In this document: positions 32,149 to 44,666 of the stretch, in pieces | Layout: each line of letters begins with the position of its first letter | Numbering within the stretch: position 1 is the stretch's first letter | Made by a program: the position numbers and the translations under genes | The notes under the pieces: generated by a model | Database searches by the model: none | What the model saw: the letters and a program-made list of their open reading frames with translations, nothing else | What the model was told of the DNA's origin: nothing | NCBI GenBank assembly: GCA_965198005.1 | Contig: CBDAOI010000004.1 | Coordinates: forward strand, 192,001-256,000 | From: Spirochaetia bacterium | Lineage (GTDB): Bacteria; Spirochaetota; Spirochaetia; SZUA-6; Bin103 | Direction of reading: 5' to 3' | Length of the DNA stretch: 64,000 nt

Positions 32149-32525
32149 ATGAGCTACCGCGAGCCCCTACCGGAAGGATGTCCACCCGATGAGGCAGAAG
32201 AGATCAACACCCAACGGGACGTGTTCCGCTTGGTGCGGGACAGAACGCCGACGGAGGAGGATTTCAGGTCACAGCGCGCGGAGAGACCGGGCCGTACATT
32301 CCGAGGTGTCACCGAATGCCAGGCAAGCGGGTTGTCTGTGCACACCGATCGTCGCGATACCGAACGGCGCTGAAGATTCCCAGCCTGCGCGGGCGCTTTA
32401 TCTGTCGACTACGATTGGAAGCAGGCGCGGGTAGGATTCAGCAGACGGGAGCGCCCTCCCATCACACTTGGTGGCCGCTGGCGGATTTTGATATTCTGAG
32501 TCGTTGTAAAGTGGAAGGACCATGA
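32149..32525 (+). pseudogene. Small hypothetical protein with a single frameshift near 32368
   Basis: PLPEGCPP..VFRLV..DFRS..CQASGLSV, then LKIPSLRG...SHHTWWP in the next frame; ATGA overlap with the next gene. Confidence 0.65.
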
Positions 32526-33667
32526 AGGTAGTCAAGGCAGCGAGCATACTCTACTACTACGACGGCCCTCAGGTGATCGAGGCTCGCGACACCATCGGTG
32601 GACACTATATTGCAGTGATGGTAGCCCCCGAGGAGAAACACGATCGCTACCTTGTGACTGGCGTTGCCCCGGAGCGGCTGCGCCAGTTTCGATCCGGCAG
32701 GCTCGACTTGCGGGCGCTGCTGGCCGAATCGGACACGGGCGAGTGGTTTATCGGGTCGGCCCCGGCCGGCCCGGACCAGCTCATGGCGCTCGAGGCGCAG
32801 CACACATCCCTCGTTCACAGCGGATTGCTGCCCGACGGTGGCTTCATGTTGCATGACCGGCCCTCGGACGATCTCGCACTGAATGAGGCTCGCTTGCGTA
32901 ACAACTTGGTGATAGAGGTCACTACCGACCCTCCAGAGGCTACACAAGGGCATCGTATCCGAGTAGGTGCGCTCACCGGGCTGCTGAGTCACTTTCAATC
33001 CATGGTCACTCATGCTTATCGCGCCGCTTTCCGAGACCTGTCAACTAGTACTCGGCGCAACATCGATTCGGAAGATGCTCATCTGATGGATGTCGTAGTC
33101 CCTGCTGCCGCGGGTTCATTTCGTGTTGTGCTGGAGGCATCTCAAGAGCCAGACCTGTTTGGCCTTCGCGACCTGGCGCGTGCTTTACAACGAGTCGATA
33201 TGCTCTTCGAGCATACGGATGATCCGCAGCAGTCGCTCATTTCCTTGAAGCAACATCGTGGACATCTGGCCGGATCCTATCTGCGACTCGTCGGCTTCCT
33301 CCTACAACACAAGATGAGTTTCAGCTATTCGTGGGCACAGCCAACGTCAGTAAAGGCCAGCTTCCGATCTGTATCTGAGTCTCAGGCACAGTCACTCGTG
33401 GAAGTTCTTTCGGAAGTATCGAATCTCGGTAGCGAGTCAGTCACGCTTGTCGGAGAATTCGAGAAAGTGAACCGCGGTATAGGGTCCTGGGGATTGCTGA
33501 CGAAAGATGGAGTGCACTCTGGTAGGGTGAAGGATGGCGGGCCAAGTTTGAATGGTCTGAGAGTTGGACGGAGTTACAGATTTATCTGCGCCGAGGAAAT
33601 AGAGGAAGTCACAGGTACGGGTCGCGAATCTCGCACGCTATACTTGAATGAATTCGAACCAGCATGA
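32522..33667 (+). CDS. Hypothetical protein, DUF6575-like N-terminus
   Basis: 381-aa ORF, lower GC; ILYYYDGPQVIEARDTIGGHYIAV. Confidence 0.7.
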   Translation: MKVVKAASILYYYDGPQVIEARDTIGGHYIAVMVAPEEKHDRYLVTGVAPERLRQFRSGRLDLRALLAESDTGEWFIGSAPAGPDQLMALEAQHTSLVHSGLLPDGGFMLHDRPSDDLALNEARLRNNLVIEVTTDPPEATQGHRIRVGALTGLLSHFQSMVTHAYRAAFRDLSTSTRRNIDSEDAHLMDVVVPAAAGSFRVVLEASQEPDLFGLRDLARALQRVDMLFEHTDDPQQSLISLKQHRGHLAGSYLRLVGFLLQHKMSFSYSWAQPTSVKASFRSVSESQAQSLVEVLSEVSNLGSESVTLVGEFEKVNRGIGSWGLLTKDGVHSGRVKDGGPSLNGLRVGRSYRFICAEEIEEVTGTGRESRTLYLNEFEPA

Positions 33668-33937
33668 CCCTCAATGCTTCCGAATGGCTTAAGCGATTGG
33701 TACGCAAAGGATACTCCCAGGAGGCCTCCCGGTGGGAGAACCCTCAGCCTGGCCCGTACCCGATGGGAAACGAAACCAAATGAATGCGATGACGATGCAA
33801 TAGAGAGAGTAGGCCACTATGCTCCAACGGTGCGTGAAATCCCGAATATAGATCACGAACAGCTTCGAGGGAAGACTGGCGCTCCCATTACCCATTCCAT
33901 CGCGGTTCCTCCAGAGTAGCGGCGGCGCCGAGTGGCG

Positions 33938-34498
33938 TCAGCAACCCGGGAGCAGTGGGCGCGGTTTCGTTTGCAGGTCGCAGTCCTTCACCCCGTCGAT
34001 GTTGACGGTATTCCACCCCAACACCCCGGTCAGGTTGGCGGCATACAGGTTTGCGCCGCTCAGATCCGCATCGGTCAGATTGGCACGGCTCAGGTCGGCA
34101 ACACCCAACAACGCGAACTCAAGGGACGCGCCGGTCAGATCAGCGTCGGTAAGGTTCACCTCCCACAGACTTGCCCCGCTCAGCACGGCACCGCGCAGGC
34201 TCGCTCCGCTCAAATAAGCGCGGGTCAGAACGGCGAAGGTCAGGTTGGCACCAGACAGATCGACACGGAGCAGATTTGCCCCGATCAGGTCTGCGCCGAT
34301 CAGGTTCGCGTCGCGCAGGATTGCGTCGTCCATAATCGCGCCGTGTAGATCGGCGCCGCTCAGGTCCGTTCCGATCAGGATCGTTTCGCTCAGGTACGCG
34401 CGTGTCAACTCTGCATCGCTCAGATCGGCCCGGCTCAGGTCGGCCCGGTCGAAGTCGGCACGGGTCAGGCCTGCACCGCTCCGATCCACACCCGCCAA
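33938..34498 (-). CDS. Pentapeptide repeat protein (possibly a fragment)
   Basis: Continuous A(D/N)LxG/R repeats. Confidence 0.85.
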   Translation of the reverse strand: MAGVDRSGAGLTRADFDRADLSRADLSDAELTRAYLSETILIGTDLSGADLHGAIMDDAILRDANLIGADLIGANLLRVDLSGANLTFAVLTRAYLSGASLRGAVLSGASLWEVNLTDADLTGASLEFALLGVADLSRANLTDADLSGANLYAANLTGVLGWNTVNIDGVKDCDLQTKPRPLLPGC

Positions 34499-34499
34499 G

Positions 34500-35255
34500 T
34501 CGCGAATTGAATCGCTCCATCGTAGTCAGCCTTCGAGTAGTTGAAATGGTACTCTTTATCCAACGTACTAGCTAGATCGTGTATCGTATCGGACATGTTT
34601 TTTCGATTCTGTAAAGCGAAGTGTGTGAGCTCGAATACAAGATTGTAGCGTGACGTACCGTTGGGATTGAAGTTAGTCACTAGATCGATGAGCTTCTTCT
34701 TGCACCGGTCAATCCGATCTCTGTCGCGAATGAACAGTGCCATTCGATATGCAGCTACGATTGCCTGTGTTACCAACAGTCCGAAATCATGATTCGGATA
34801 GATGGCGTCCTGGTTCACGTAAGAATCAACACACTGCAAGTAGGAATCGACCGCTCGCCGTGCATGTGCCACCGTCCGCTCTGCTGCCGTCCACAAAACG
34901 TGGGCGTATCGCGCAACAAGCGTGGGATTATTAGTCCTGCTAAGTCGATGATTCAAGTACGAACGATGTTGCTTTTGGAACGTCATAGGATCCGGCCATT
35001 CAAAGGAATTGCCGTCTTTGTCAGTTCCGGAGAATGGGCCTACCAAGTCGCCATCTTGAAGATCGAAGTGCAGCGCATCGACTTCGATCTGAGCCAGATG
35101 CGCTTCATCAGTCTCGCCGGCGGCGTAAAGCCTGTCGCGAGTGTTCTGCGCAATCTCGCCAAGTGACTGGATATGCGGGAACTCGTGGGCGTGAGCGTCC
35201 GCGTAAGCTTCGAAATCGCTTAGTCGGTCGAAAGTGGGTAGGTCCGAACTCTTCG
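34500..35255 (-). pseudogene. N-terminal part of a large helical protein (DUF4209-associated type), truncated
   Basis: Low-GC open frame YLNHRLSRTNNPTLVARYAHVLW...AVDSYL; no clear start; runs into the pentapeptide ORF. Confidence 0.45.
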
Positions 35256-35261
35256 TTCGGG

Positions 35262-36005
35262 TCAGGGGGTGAGCTTGGCGGCGAGGAATTCGCGGTTGAG
35301 GCGGGCGATGTTGGCGAAGGAGATCTCCTTGGGGCAGTCGCCCTCGCACTCGCGCTCGTTGGTGCAGGCGCCGAAGCCCTCGGCGTCCATGGCGGCCACC
35401 ATGGCGGCGGCGCGGCGGCGACGCTCGGGGGCGCCCTGCGGCAGCAGGGCGAGTTGCGCCACCTTGGCACCGGCGAACAGCATGGCCGCGGCGTTCTTGC
35501 AGGAGGCGACGCAGGCGCCGCAGCCGATGCAGGCGGCGGCGTCCATCGCCTGGTCGGCGTCCGCGCGCGGCACCGGCAACGAGTTGGCCTCCGGCGCGCT
35601 GCCGGTGTTGACCGAGATGAAGCCGCCGGCCTGAATCACGCGGTCGAAGGCGGAGCGGTCCACCACCAGGTCCTTGAGCACCGGAAAGGCGCGCGCCCGC
35701 CACGGCTCCAGCACGATCCGTTCGCCGTCGTGGAAGTGGCGCAGGTGGAGTTGGCACACGGTCACCCCGCGCCGCGGCCCGTGGGCGCGGCCGTTGATCA
35801 GGAAGCCGCAGCTCCCGCAAATCCCCTCGCGGCAGTCATGCTCGAACGCCACCGGCTCCTCGCCGGCACGCTCCAGCCGCTCGTTGAGGACGTCGAGCAG
35901 CTCCAGGAACGACATGTCGGGCACCGCCTCGTCCATCTCGTAGCTCACGAAGCGGCCGGCGTCCCGCGGCCCCGACTGGCGCCAGATCTCCAGGTGCAGT
36001 TTCAT
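35262..36005 (-). CDS. sdhB: Succinate dehydrogenase/fumarate reductase iron-sulfur subunit
   Basis: [32 protein letters not shown]. Confidence 0.95.
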   Translation of the reverse strand: MKLHLEIWRQSGPRDAGRFVSYEMDEAVPDMSFLELLDVLNERLERAGEEPVAFEHDCREGICGSCGFLINGRAHGPRRGVTVCQLHLRHFHDGERIVLEPWRARAFPVLKDLVVDRSAFDRVIQAGGFISVNTGSAPEANSLPVPRADADQAMDAAACIGCGACVASCKNAAAMLFAGAKVAQLALLPQGAPERRRRAAAMVAAMDAEGFGACTNERECEGDCPKEISFANIARLNREFLAAKLTP

Positions 36006-36031
36006 GCCGCCGCTCCCATCACCCATTCCCT

Positions 36032-37959
<1,928 letters not shown>

Positions 37960-37960
<1 letters not shown>

Positions 37961-38619
37961 CAGGCCAGACTCCGGGCGAAGAACACGATCGGCAGCGACG
38001 CGAAGGCCGCGGCGAACCCCACCGCCAGCACCAGCCCCACCCCGTGCAGCAGGGGCGTGTAGCGCTGGTGCTCAAGGCCGAGCGTGCGCAGCGCGCTCAG
38101 GAAGCCGTGCGCCAGGTGCAGGCCGAGCAGCACCATGGCGATCACGTACAGCGCCGCGTAGCCGGGCAGGGCGAAGGTCTCGGCGACCACCTTGTACAGC
38201 GATTCGCCCGCGGCCGCGCGCCCGAAGCGCGCCTCCCAGAAGAAGTTGCGCAGGTGCACGACGATGAAGATGAACACCACGCTGCCGCTGACGATCATGC
38301 TGCGCGAGGCCAGGGTGCTGAACCCGGCATGCCGCTTCACGCGGTAGCGCTGCGGGCGGGCGCGCCGGTTGCGGATGGTAAGCTGCACGCCGCTGACGGC
38401 GTGTGCCACGATCGCCAGGAACAGCACCACCTCGACGACCCGCACCAGCGCGTTGCCGGAGATCGACGCGGCGTGGTGGTTGAATGCCTCCTCGCCGACG
38501 TACAGGTACAGGTTCCCGTACAGGTGAACGGCGAGGAACAGCACCAGGAACAGGCCGGTGACCGCCATCAGCACCTTCTTGCCGATGGACGTGCAAAGCA
38601 GATCGAGCAACCAACGCAT
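37960..38619 (-). CDS. sdhC: Succinate dehydrogenase cytochrome b subunit
   Basis: [12 protein letters not shown]; five TM helices with His ligands; upstream of sdhA. Confidence 0.92.
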
Positions 38620-38740
38620 GGGCGAGTGAGAGACAGTCCTACTCTACCCTAGACCTCGGCGCCGCCGCCAGTGGCTGCTTGAGAGGATTGACAGGATGGA
38701 TACGCCGTCCAGGCCGGCAGCCCAAACGAGTCCACCAGAC

Positions 38741-40081
38741 TCACGGCGCCCGGAGCTCTACCGCGGTTTCATATAGCCTCGTACGTTGGTGCACGGTACC
38801 CACACGTACTGAAGAGTTGACGATACTGTTGCCGGTTCGTTTGCTTCGCACTTCGTGCAGTTCGACAACCTTGAATCCTTCTCTTTCGGCGATTTCCGCG
38901 AATAGTCGGTCCGTTTGAAACTCCATGCCTTGGAGGATGTTGTTTCCGATGACGACGACGACGGTACTACCGGGACGCATGCGAGAAAGTGTAAGGGCAC
39001 AGAAACGCTGACAGTCATTGAAGTAGGCGGCAGCGTAGTTGGCCCACCCTGCGCCACCGTAGGCACCTTTCTCCGGATGTAGCGCCCTCAGTTCCTCCAA
39101 TTGTTTGGCCAAGTGGTCGAGCGGTGGCTCAAGGGCGATTTCCGGACCGGATCGCACGGTCTGCCAGAATTGACCGAAGTTCTGCTGTTCCATTGTCTTC
39201 AGGTTGCTGGCCTCCTTGGTCATTCCCAACCAGAAGAGATGCGGGCGAGTATTCCTGATGTAATGATAGTTGTTCAGATATGGCGGCGAAGTGATAAGCG
39301 CATCGATGCTGCGCGCCTCCGTTCTCTGCACATGATCGAAGTATGACAGTGGATGGACTATCGCCCGCGGTACTTGTTCGTGTTGTTTCATCCAACCCTG
39401 AAACGTAACGATGTCATCACGCATTCCCAACAGCTTTCGGCGTACTATACCGAACACGTCGGCATGCTGGATAGTGGGTTTTCCGGCGCCGGCTCGCGTG
39501 CCGAGACTCGGCTCATAGGAGTAGTTGGAAAAACTCACCATCACCGAACCAAAGGCCACACGAAACAGGTCCATTACCCATGCTTTGGTACGTTGCATAA
39601 TGAAATCCATGCAGGCCAATACTTGTCGTTCTACGTCGTCGCTGAAGAACGGAACGCGACTCCGAAAGCCGCCGGGGCGTTTGGAAGATGGATTGATTGT
39701 CAACCAGGATTCGTCGTCACCATAGTCCTCGAACTGAGTGATTGAAGTCTCGAATTCGGCCACGTCGTATCGATTGGAAGCGGCCTTGACTCGGCAGGCA
39801 AGCGCAGCGTACGGGTTGATTTCGTAACCAACGGCGTCGTCGCCTTGTTTGAGCGCTTCGATCAGCGTGGTGCCGACTCCCGCAAACGGATCCAGAACGC
39901 GCATCCTGCGGCGGCGGGTCCGTACGCGGTCGAGCACGTCGGCTACGAACGATCCCGAAAATCCAGCGATCCACGGGACCCAGCGATGCAGAGTTCGATC
40001 ATGGTTCTCGGCAAACGCCGTGTCCCGGAATGTCGCCGCTTCCGGCGCAGCAAGCGTCGGCAGGCGGGTCCGGCTCACCAT
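38741..40081 (-). CDS. DNA amino-methyltransferase, alpha-class order (likely N4-C)
   Basis: VLDPFAGVGTT (motif I) before ITSPPY (motif IV); lower GC than flanks. Confidence 0.88.
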   Translation of the reverse strand: MVSRTRLPTLAAPEAATFRDTAFAENHDRTLHRWVPWIAGFSGSFVADVLDRVRTRRRRMRVLDPFAGVGTTLIEALKQGDDAVGYEINPYAALACRVKAASNRYDVAEFETSITQFEDYGDDESWLTINPSSKRPGGFRSRVPFFSDDVERQVLACMDFIMQRTKAWVMDLFRVAFGSVMVSFSNYSYEPSLGTRAGAGKPTIQHADVFGIVRRKLLGMRDDIVTFQGWMKQHEQVPRAIVHPLSYFDHVQRTEARSIDALITSPPYLNNYHYIRNTRPHLFWLGMTKEASNLKTMEQQNFGQFWQTVRSGPEIALEPPLDHLAKQLEELRALHPEKGAYGGAGWANYAAAYFNDCQRFCALTLSRMRPGSTVVVVIGNNILQGMEFQTDRLFAEIAEREGFKVVELHEVRSKRTGNSIVNSSVRVGTVHQRTRLYETAVELRAP

Positions 40082-40234
40082 GCAGAGGGAACTATCTTCG
40101 CTCATATTCCCGTAAGCTATCTCAATGGTTACACAGATGAACGTCAAGGCCTCGGCCAGCGCAGGATCTCTGCAGGGGAACTATCTTCGCTCATATTCCC
40201 GTAAGCTATCTCATGGTTACACAGAGGTCAAGGC
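40081..40234. repeat. Imperfect tandem duplication (~65-70 nt unit, 90-nt period)
   Basis: GGGAACTATCTTCGCTCATATTCCCGTAAGCTATCTCA occurs twice (copies begin 40081 and 40171). Confidence 0.93.
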
Positions 40235-40337
40235 TGAACCAGTCGGGGTGAACCTCGGTGTGCGCCAGCGGGAGCCGGCGGGGCCCGCGGCGGTGACTGG
40301 TCGCGGCGCCGGTTTGGGCGTAGATTGAGACTGGATT

Positions 40338-41666
40338 ATGGTTACCAAGGAACAGGCGCTTGCCGCGCTGGCGCAGATTGTCGACCCCGATCTGGGGCGG
40401 GACATCGTCGCGCTCGGGTTCATCACCAATCTGGAGATCGACGACGGGCACGTGCTGGTGGAGATTCGCATCACGACTCCCGCGTGTCCGGTGCGCGACC
40501 AGTTCAAGTCCGAGGCGGAGCGGCTGGTGGGGGCGCTACCGGGGACCCGCTCGGTCACCGTGACCATCACCAGCGCGCCGCCGCAGTCCGCCGCCCGACG
40601 CACCGCCACGCAGCGCCCGCCGGCGGAGCGCGAGAGCGGGCTGGGCCAGGTGGGGGCGCTGATCGCCGTCGCCTCCTGCAAGGGCGGAGTGGGCAAGTCA
40701 ACCGTGGCGGCGGCGCTGGCGTGCGAGCTGGCGCAGCGCGGCCACCGCGTCGGGCTGCTGGACACCGACATCTTCGGGCCGTCGATTCCGACCCTGTTCG
40801 ACTGCCGCGGCCTGGAGCTGCAGGCCGGTCCCGGCAACATGCTGCTGCCGGCGCAGGTCGGCGCCCTCAAGCTGATGTCGTTCGGCTTCTGGCTCGGCGA
40901 CGCCCCGGCGGTGATGCGCGGGCCGATGGTGACCAACTACATCCAGCAGCTCCTGCACGGCGTGCACTGGGGCGAGCTGGACTACCTGTTCCTCGACCTG
41001 CCGCCCGGCACCGGCGACATTCAGCTCACCATCACCCAGGCGGTGCAGTTGGGCGGAGCGGTGGTGGTCACCACCCCGCAGCCGCTGGCGCTGGCGGACG
41101 TCGGCAAGGGCATCCTGATGTTCGACAAGGTGAGGGTGCCGGTGCTGGGAGTGGTCGAGAACATGGCCTACTTCGAAGCCGGGGGCGAGCGCCACGCGGT
41201 GTTCGGCAGCGACGGCGCGCGCCAGCTCCAGGAGCGGTTCGGGGTGGACGTGCTGGGGCAGCTCCCGCTCGACCCACAGCGCTACGGGCGCACCTTCGGC
41301 GGGGAGCAGGACCTGCCGGAGGTCGCGCAGGCCGCGGACCGGATGGTGCGCGCGCTGGGCAAGGCGTCGGTGGCGCAGGAGAGCATCAGCGTCGAGCACG
41401 ACGCCGCGCGGATCACGCTGCGCTGGGCCGACGGCAAGACCGTGTCGGTGGCCAACCGGGAGTTGCGCGCAAGCTGCCGCTGCGCCCACTGCATCAACGA
41501 GTTCACCGGCGAGCGCACCGCCGACCCGGCGGCGATTCCGGCCGACATCCAGCCGCAGGAGATCCGCACCGTCGGCAACTACGCCCTGTCGATCACCTGG
41601 AGCGACGGCCACAGCACCGGTCTGTTCCCCTATCCGACGATCGAACAGCTTGCGGCCGCGACATGA
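40338..41666 (+). CDS. Mrp/NBP35 Fe-S carrier ATPase with N-terminal DUF59 and C-terminal DUF971 (HCF101-like architecture)
   Basis: DPDLGRDIV..TTPACP; KGGVGKST; DLPPGTGD; ENM; LRASCRCAHC...GNYAL. Confidence 0.9.
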   Translation: MVTKEQALAALAQIVDPDLGRDIVALGFITNLEIDDGHVLVEIRITTPACPVRDQFKSEAERLVGALPGTRSVTVTITSAPPQSAARRTATQRPPAERESGLGQVGALIAVASCKGGVGKSTVAAALACELAQRGHRVGLLDTDIFGPSIPTLFDCRGLELQAGPGNMLLPAQVGALKLMSFGFWLGDAPAVMRGPMVTNYIQQLLHGVHWGELDYLFLDLPPGTGDIQLTITQAVQLGGAVVVTTPQPLALADVGKGILMFDKVRVPVLGVVENMAYFEAGGERHAVFGSDGARQLQERFGVDVLGQLPLDPQRYGRTFGGEQDLPEVAQAADRMVRALGKASVAQESISVEHDAARITLRWADGKTVSVANRELRASCRCAHCINEFTGERTADPAAIPADIQPQEIRTVGNYALSITWSDGHSTGLFPYPTIEQLAAAT

Positions 41667-41880
41667 GTCACAGCCTGCGCATCTGCGTCGGGCCGACCTG
41701 CGGCGTCAACTTCTCGAGTGACCTGCTGGTCGAGGCCGAGGACCATCCCCGCGCCGACCTGGAAATGCAGCGTTGCGGGTGCCTCGGCCATTGCGAAGAG
41801 GGGCCCAACCTGATGCTCGACGGCACCGTGCACGTCGGCATGACCCCGGAGCGGTTGCGCGTGGCAGTGGCGGTCCTGCC
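41663..41880 (+). CDS. Thioredoxin-like [2Fe-2S] ferredoxin; native stop unclear
   Basis: ICVGPTC...GCLGHCEEGPN; ATGA overlap with the Mrp gene. Confidence 0.7.
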
Positions 41881-41899
41881 GGCAGCGCCGGGAGCTGGT

Positions 41900-42275
41900 A
41901 CGGCAGATCAGCACGGAGCTGCGCGGCCGGCAGCCGCTGCCGCCGCTGTGCCCGGAAGCGCCGTGGAGCTGCGACCTGAGCCGCCGGATCGCCGCGGCCG
42001 GCCTGCCGCCGGCGCTGGCGAGCGCCCTGCAGGCGGCAGACTCCTTCTCGCGCGCCACGAGCTTGACGATGGCCGACGAGTCGAGGTAGCTGACCCGTTC
42101 AGCGCTCATCGCTGCGCAGGCGCGCGAGCCGGACTGACGGCGGCTCCGTTCCAGGATCGAGATCGACCGGCTCAGGGAGGTCGTTCGCCGAGCCCGTGGC
42201 CTCCTCCAGGTCGCCCGCCGCGCGCAGTTGGTCGAGCGGCGAGGAGTTGGGAATCGGGATCAGCAGGGCGATCGG
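41900..42275 (-). pseudogene. Decayed Phd/VapC toxin-antitoxin pair
   Basis: Antitoxin tail PIALLIP...VRLARLRSDER overlaps MSAERVSYLDSSAIVKLVAREKES (PIN N-terminus), which then degenerates. Confidence 0.7.
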
Positions 42276-42340
42276 GGTGCTACTTGTAGCACTTTTGGAA
42301 GCATCGATCAACGCCCTCAATCTAGAGCGTTTGCGTCGGG

Positions 42341-43711
42341 TCAGTCGAGGACGGCGAGCATCTCCGTTACCGTGGTGAATTTCTCGCGTGGTTTGCCGTG
42401 CGGCTGGCCGCGCGCCACCTCGGCGGCGTCGATCCGCTGCCAGTCGGCGTAGCTGATCACGCGTACGTTGCGCGCTGCCAGCAGCTCCTGCAGCGGCGCC
42501 GTGTCCGGGTTCGCGCAACCCGGCAGCGACGGCAGGTCCTGCAGCAGCTTGGCCACCGTTTCCCCGCTGTCGGGCTTGTTGGTGCCGATCACGCCGGAGG
42601 GGCCGCGCTTGATCCAGCCGGCGGCGTACAGCCCCGGCACCGGCGCGCCGTCGTCGACGATCCGCCCCGCATCGTTGGGGAACACCCCGCGCCGCGCCTC
42701 GAACGGCACGCCCGGCATCTCGATCCCCCGGTAGCCGACGCTGCGGAAGAACAGGCCGCAGTCCATGGCCGTGGTCGCGCCGGTGCCTTCCGCCCACTGA
42801 TTGCCCGCGTCGCCGGCCAGCCGGTTGCGCTCCAGCACCAGCGACTCCACCCTGCCGTTGCCGGCCAGCTCGCGCGGGCTGCGGAAGAAGTGCACTACGA
42901 TGCGGCGGCTCTTCCCGGCCGGCTGCAGGACGCGCTGCTCCGCCAGCACCTTCCAGTTGCGGCCGGCGCCGATGTTCGCCGGATCGTCCAGTTCCGCCTG
43001 GCTCGCGGGGTTCAGCTCGAAGTCCCCCAGGTCGTTGAACACCAGGTCGCAGTCCGCCAGCTCGCCCAGCTCGCGGATCTCCTTGTTGGTGAACGCCGCC
43101 TGCACCGGCCCGCGCCGGCCGACCATGTGCACTTCCTTCACCTTGCTCTCGGCCAGGGCGTCGAGCGCATGGGCCGCGATGTCGGTGTGCTTCAGCTCGT
43201 CCACCGTCTTGGCCAGCACGCGGGTCACGTCCACCGCTACGTTGCCCTGGCCGATCACCACGGCCACCTCCTGCGAGAGGTCGAACGAGCGCCCCAGATA
43301 GTCGGGATGGCCGTTGTACCAGCCGACGAACTCGGTGGCGGTGTGACTGCCGGGCAGCTCGACGCCGGGAATGCCCAACGTGCGGTCGGTCTCCGCGCCA
43401 CAGGTAAAGATGACCGCGTCGTAGTGCCCGCGCAGCTCGGCCACGCTCAGGTCGCGCCCCACCTGCACGTTGCCCAGAAAGCTGAAGGCGTGATCCTTGG
43501 CGATTCGCTCGTAGACGCGGATCACGTTCTTGATCTTGGGATGGTCGGGAGCGACCCCGCCGCGCACCAGGCCGAACGGGGTCGGCAGGCGATCGTACAT
43601 GTCGACGGCCACCTCCTGATCCGCCTTGATCAGGGTGTCGGCCGCGTAGAATCCGGAAGGGCCACTGCCCACGATGGCGACCCGCGCGGGGCGCCCTGAG
43701 ATCGTGCTCAT
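42341..43711 (-). CDS. Ferredoxin--NADP+ reductase (FprA/adrenodoxin-reductase type)
   Basis: [43 protein letters not shown]. Confidence 0.92.
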   Translation of the reverse strand: MSTISGRPARVAIVGSGPSGFYAADTLIKADQEVAVDMYDRLPTPFGLVRGGVAPDHPKIKNVIRVYERIAKDHAFSFLGNVQVGRDLSVAELRGHYDAVIFTCGAETDRTLGIPGVELPGSHTATEFVGWYNGHPDYLGRSFDLSQEVAVVIGQGNVAVDVTRVLAKTVDELKHTDIAAHALDALAESKVKEVHMVGRRGPVQAAFTNKEIRELGELADCDLVFNDLGDFELNPASQAELDDPANIGAGRNWKVLAEQRVLQPAGKSRRIVVHFFRSPRELAGNGRVESLVLERNRLAGDAGNQWAEGTGATTAMDCGLFFRSVGYRGIEMPGVPFEARRGVFPNDAGRIVDDGAPVPGLYAAGWIKRGPSGVIGTNKPDSGETVAKLLQDLPSLPGCANPDTAPLQELLAARNVRVISYADWQRIDAAEVARGQPHGKPREKFTTVTEMLAVLD

Positions 43712-44042
43712 GCTGTCTCCTGGGGAATAACGCGTCTCGGCGATTGCTCCGGCTCTGGCCGCGGGCGCGCTTCGACGCTACTGTTCCATCATATGATGGT
43801 CCCTGCGGCTGTCAACCGCCGTCCAGCCCAGGTCGTGCGGGCCGTCCGCGCCGGAGCCCGGCGGCGTTCCGGAGCGCCCCGGTGCTGATCGCCGGGAAAG
43901 TGCTGCAGGCGGCGGCGCTGGCCTATCTGGGGGTGAGCTACGCCGTCACGCTGCCGGCCACCCCGCGCGGCCGCGACCTGGCGATCGCCGCCGGCGTGTT
44001 TGTGGTGGGCTGGCTGCTGATACGGGGCCGGGCGGGCAGGAC

Positions 44043-44198
44043 GTGACGCACGAGGAACCCGGCAGCGACCAGTCCCGCCGCACGGTTCTCAAGTTCGACA
44101 GCGGCCGCCGCGGCTTTATACGGGCCATCGTGACCCTGGCGATCGCCGCCGGCGGCCTGCTGGTATTTGCCGTGTACTTTTTCTGGAACCTGCTGTAG
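44043..44198 (+). CDS. Small single-TM hypothetical protein
   Basis: VLKFDSGRRGFIRAIVTLAIAAGGLLVFAVYFFWNLL. Confidence 0.4.
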   Translation: MTHEEPGSDQSRRTVLKFDSGRRGFIRAIVTLAIAAGGLLVFAVYFFWNLL

Positions 44199-44252
44199 CC
44201 GCTCCGTCCCGTGCAGTCTGTGTGGTACCGTAGCGCGGCGCCGGCAGCCGTG

Positions 44253-44582
44253 CTATTCCGCCGCGGCCGCTTCCGAACCGGATGACGCACCGGGGCCCAG
44301 GCTGCGGAGGGTGTCCTTTACCTGCCGGATCCTCTCAAACCCGTCGTGAATCTGATCGAACAGGTCGGCGCGCGCCTTGATGCCTTCCTGCACGAGGAAG
44401 GCGATGGCCGCCGCGCGGCTGGTCACGAGCTCCGCCTCGACCAGTTCGTCGATGCGTTTCAGGCTGTCGGCATCGGGGCGCACCGACACCGAGTTGGCAC
44501 GCGCATCCAGCGCGCCCGTGACGGCACCGGTGACGGCATCGGTCGCACCCGACACGATGTTCTCCACTCTCTTCTTGAGCAT
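44253..44582 (-). CDS. Hypothetical protein with RHH-like segment
   Basis: VSVRPDADSLKRIDELVEAELVTSRAAAIAFLVQEGI; RBS GAGG. Confidence 0.6.
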   Translation of the reverse strand: MLKKRVENIVSGATDAVTGAVTGALDARANSVSVRPDADSLKRIDELVEAELVTSRAAAIAFLVQEGIKARADLFDQIHDGFERIRQVKDTLRSLGPGASSGSEAAAAE

Positions 44583-44666
44583 TCTCTTACCTCTTGTTCT
44601 TGGCTTGGCCGCATTCTGCGCAACGATGATTGTGAGCAGTGAAGTCTACTATAACATGTTCGAGCG

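Noticed and set aside
33938-34498. Qnr/MfpA quinolone-resistance gene
   Set aside because: Generic A(D/N)Lxx repeats only, with no family-specific features
40081-40234. CRISPR array
   Set aside because: Only two long imperfect units, no spacer series, no cas genes
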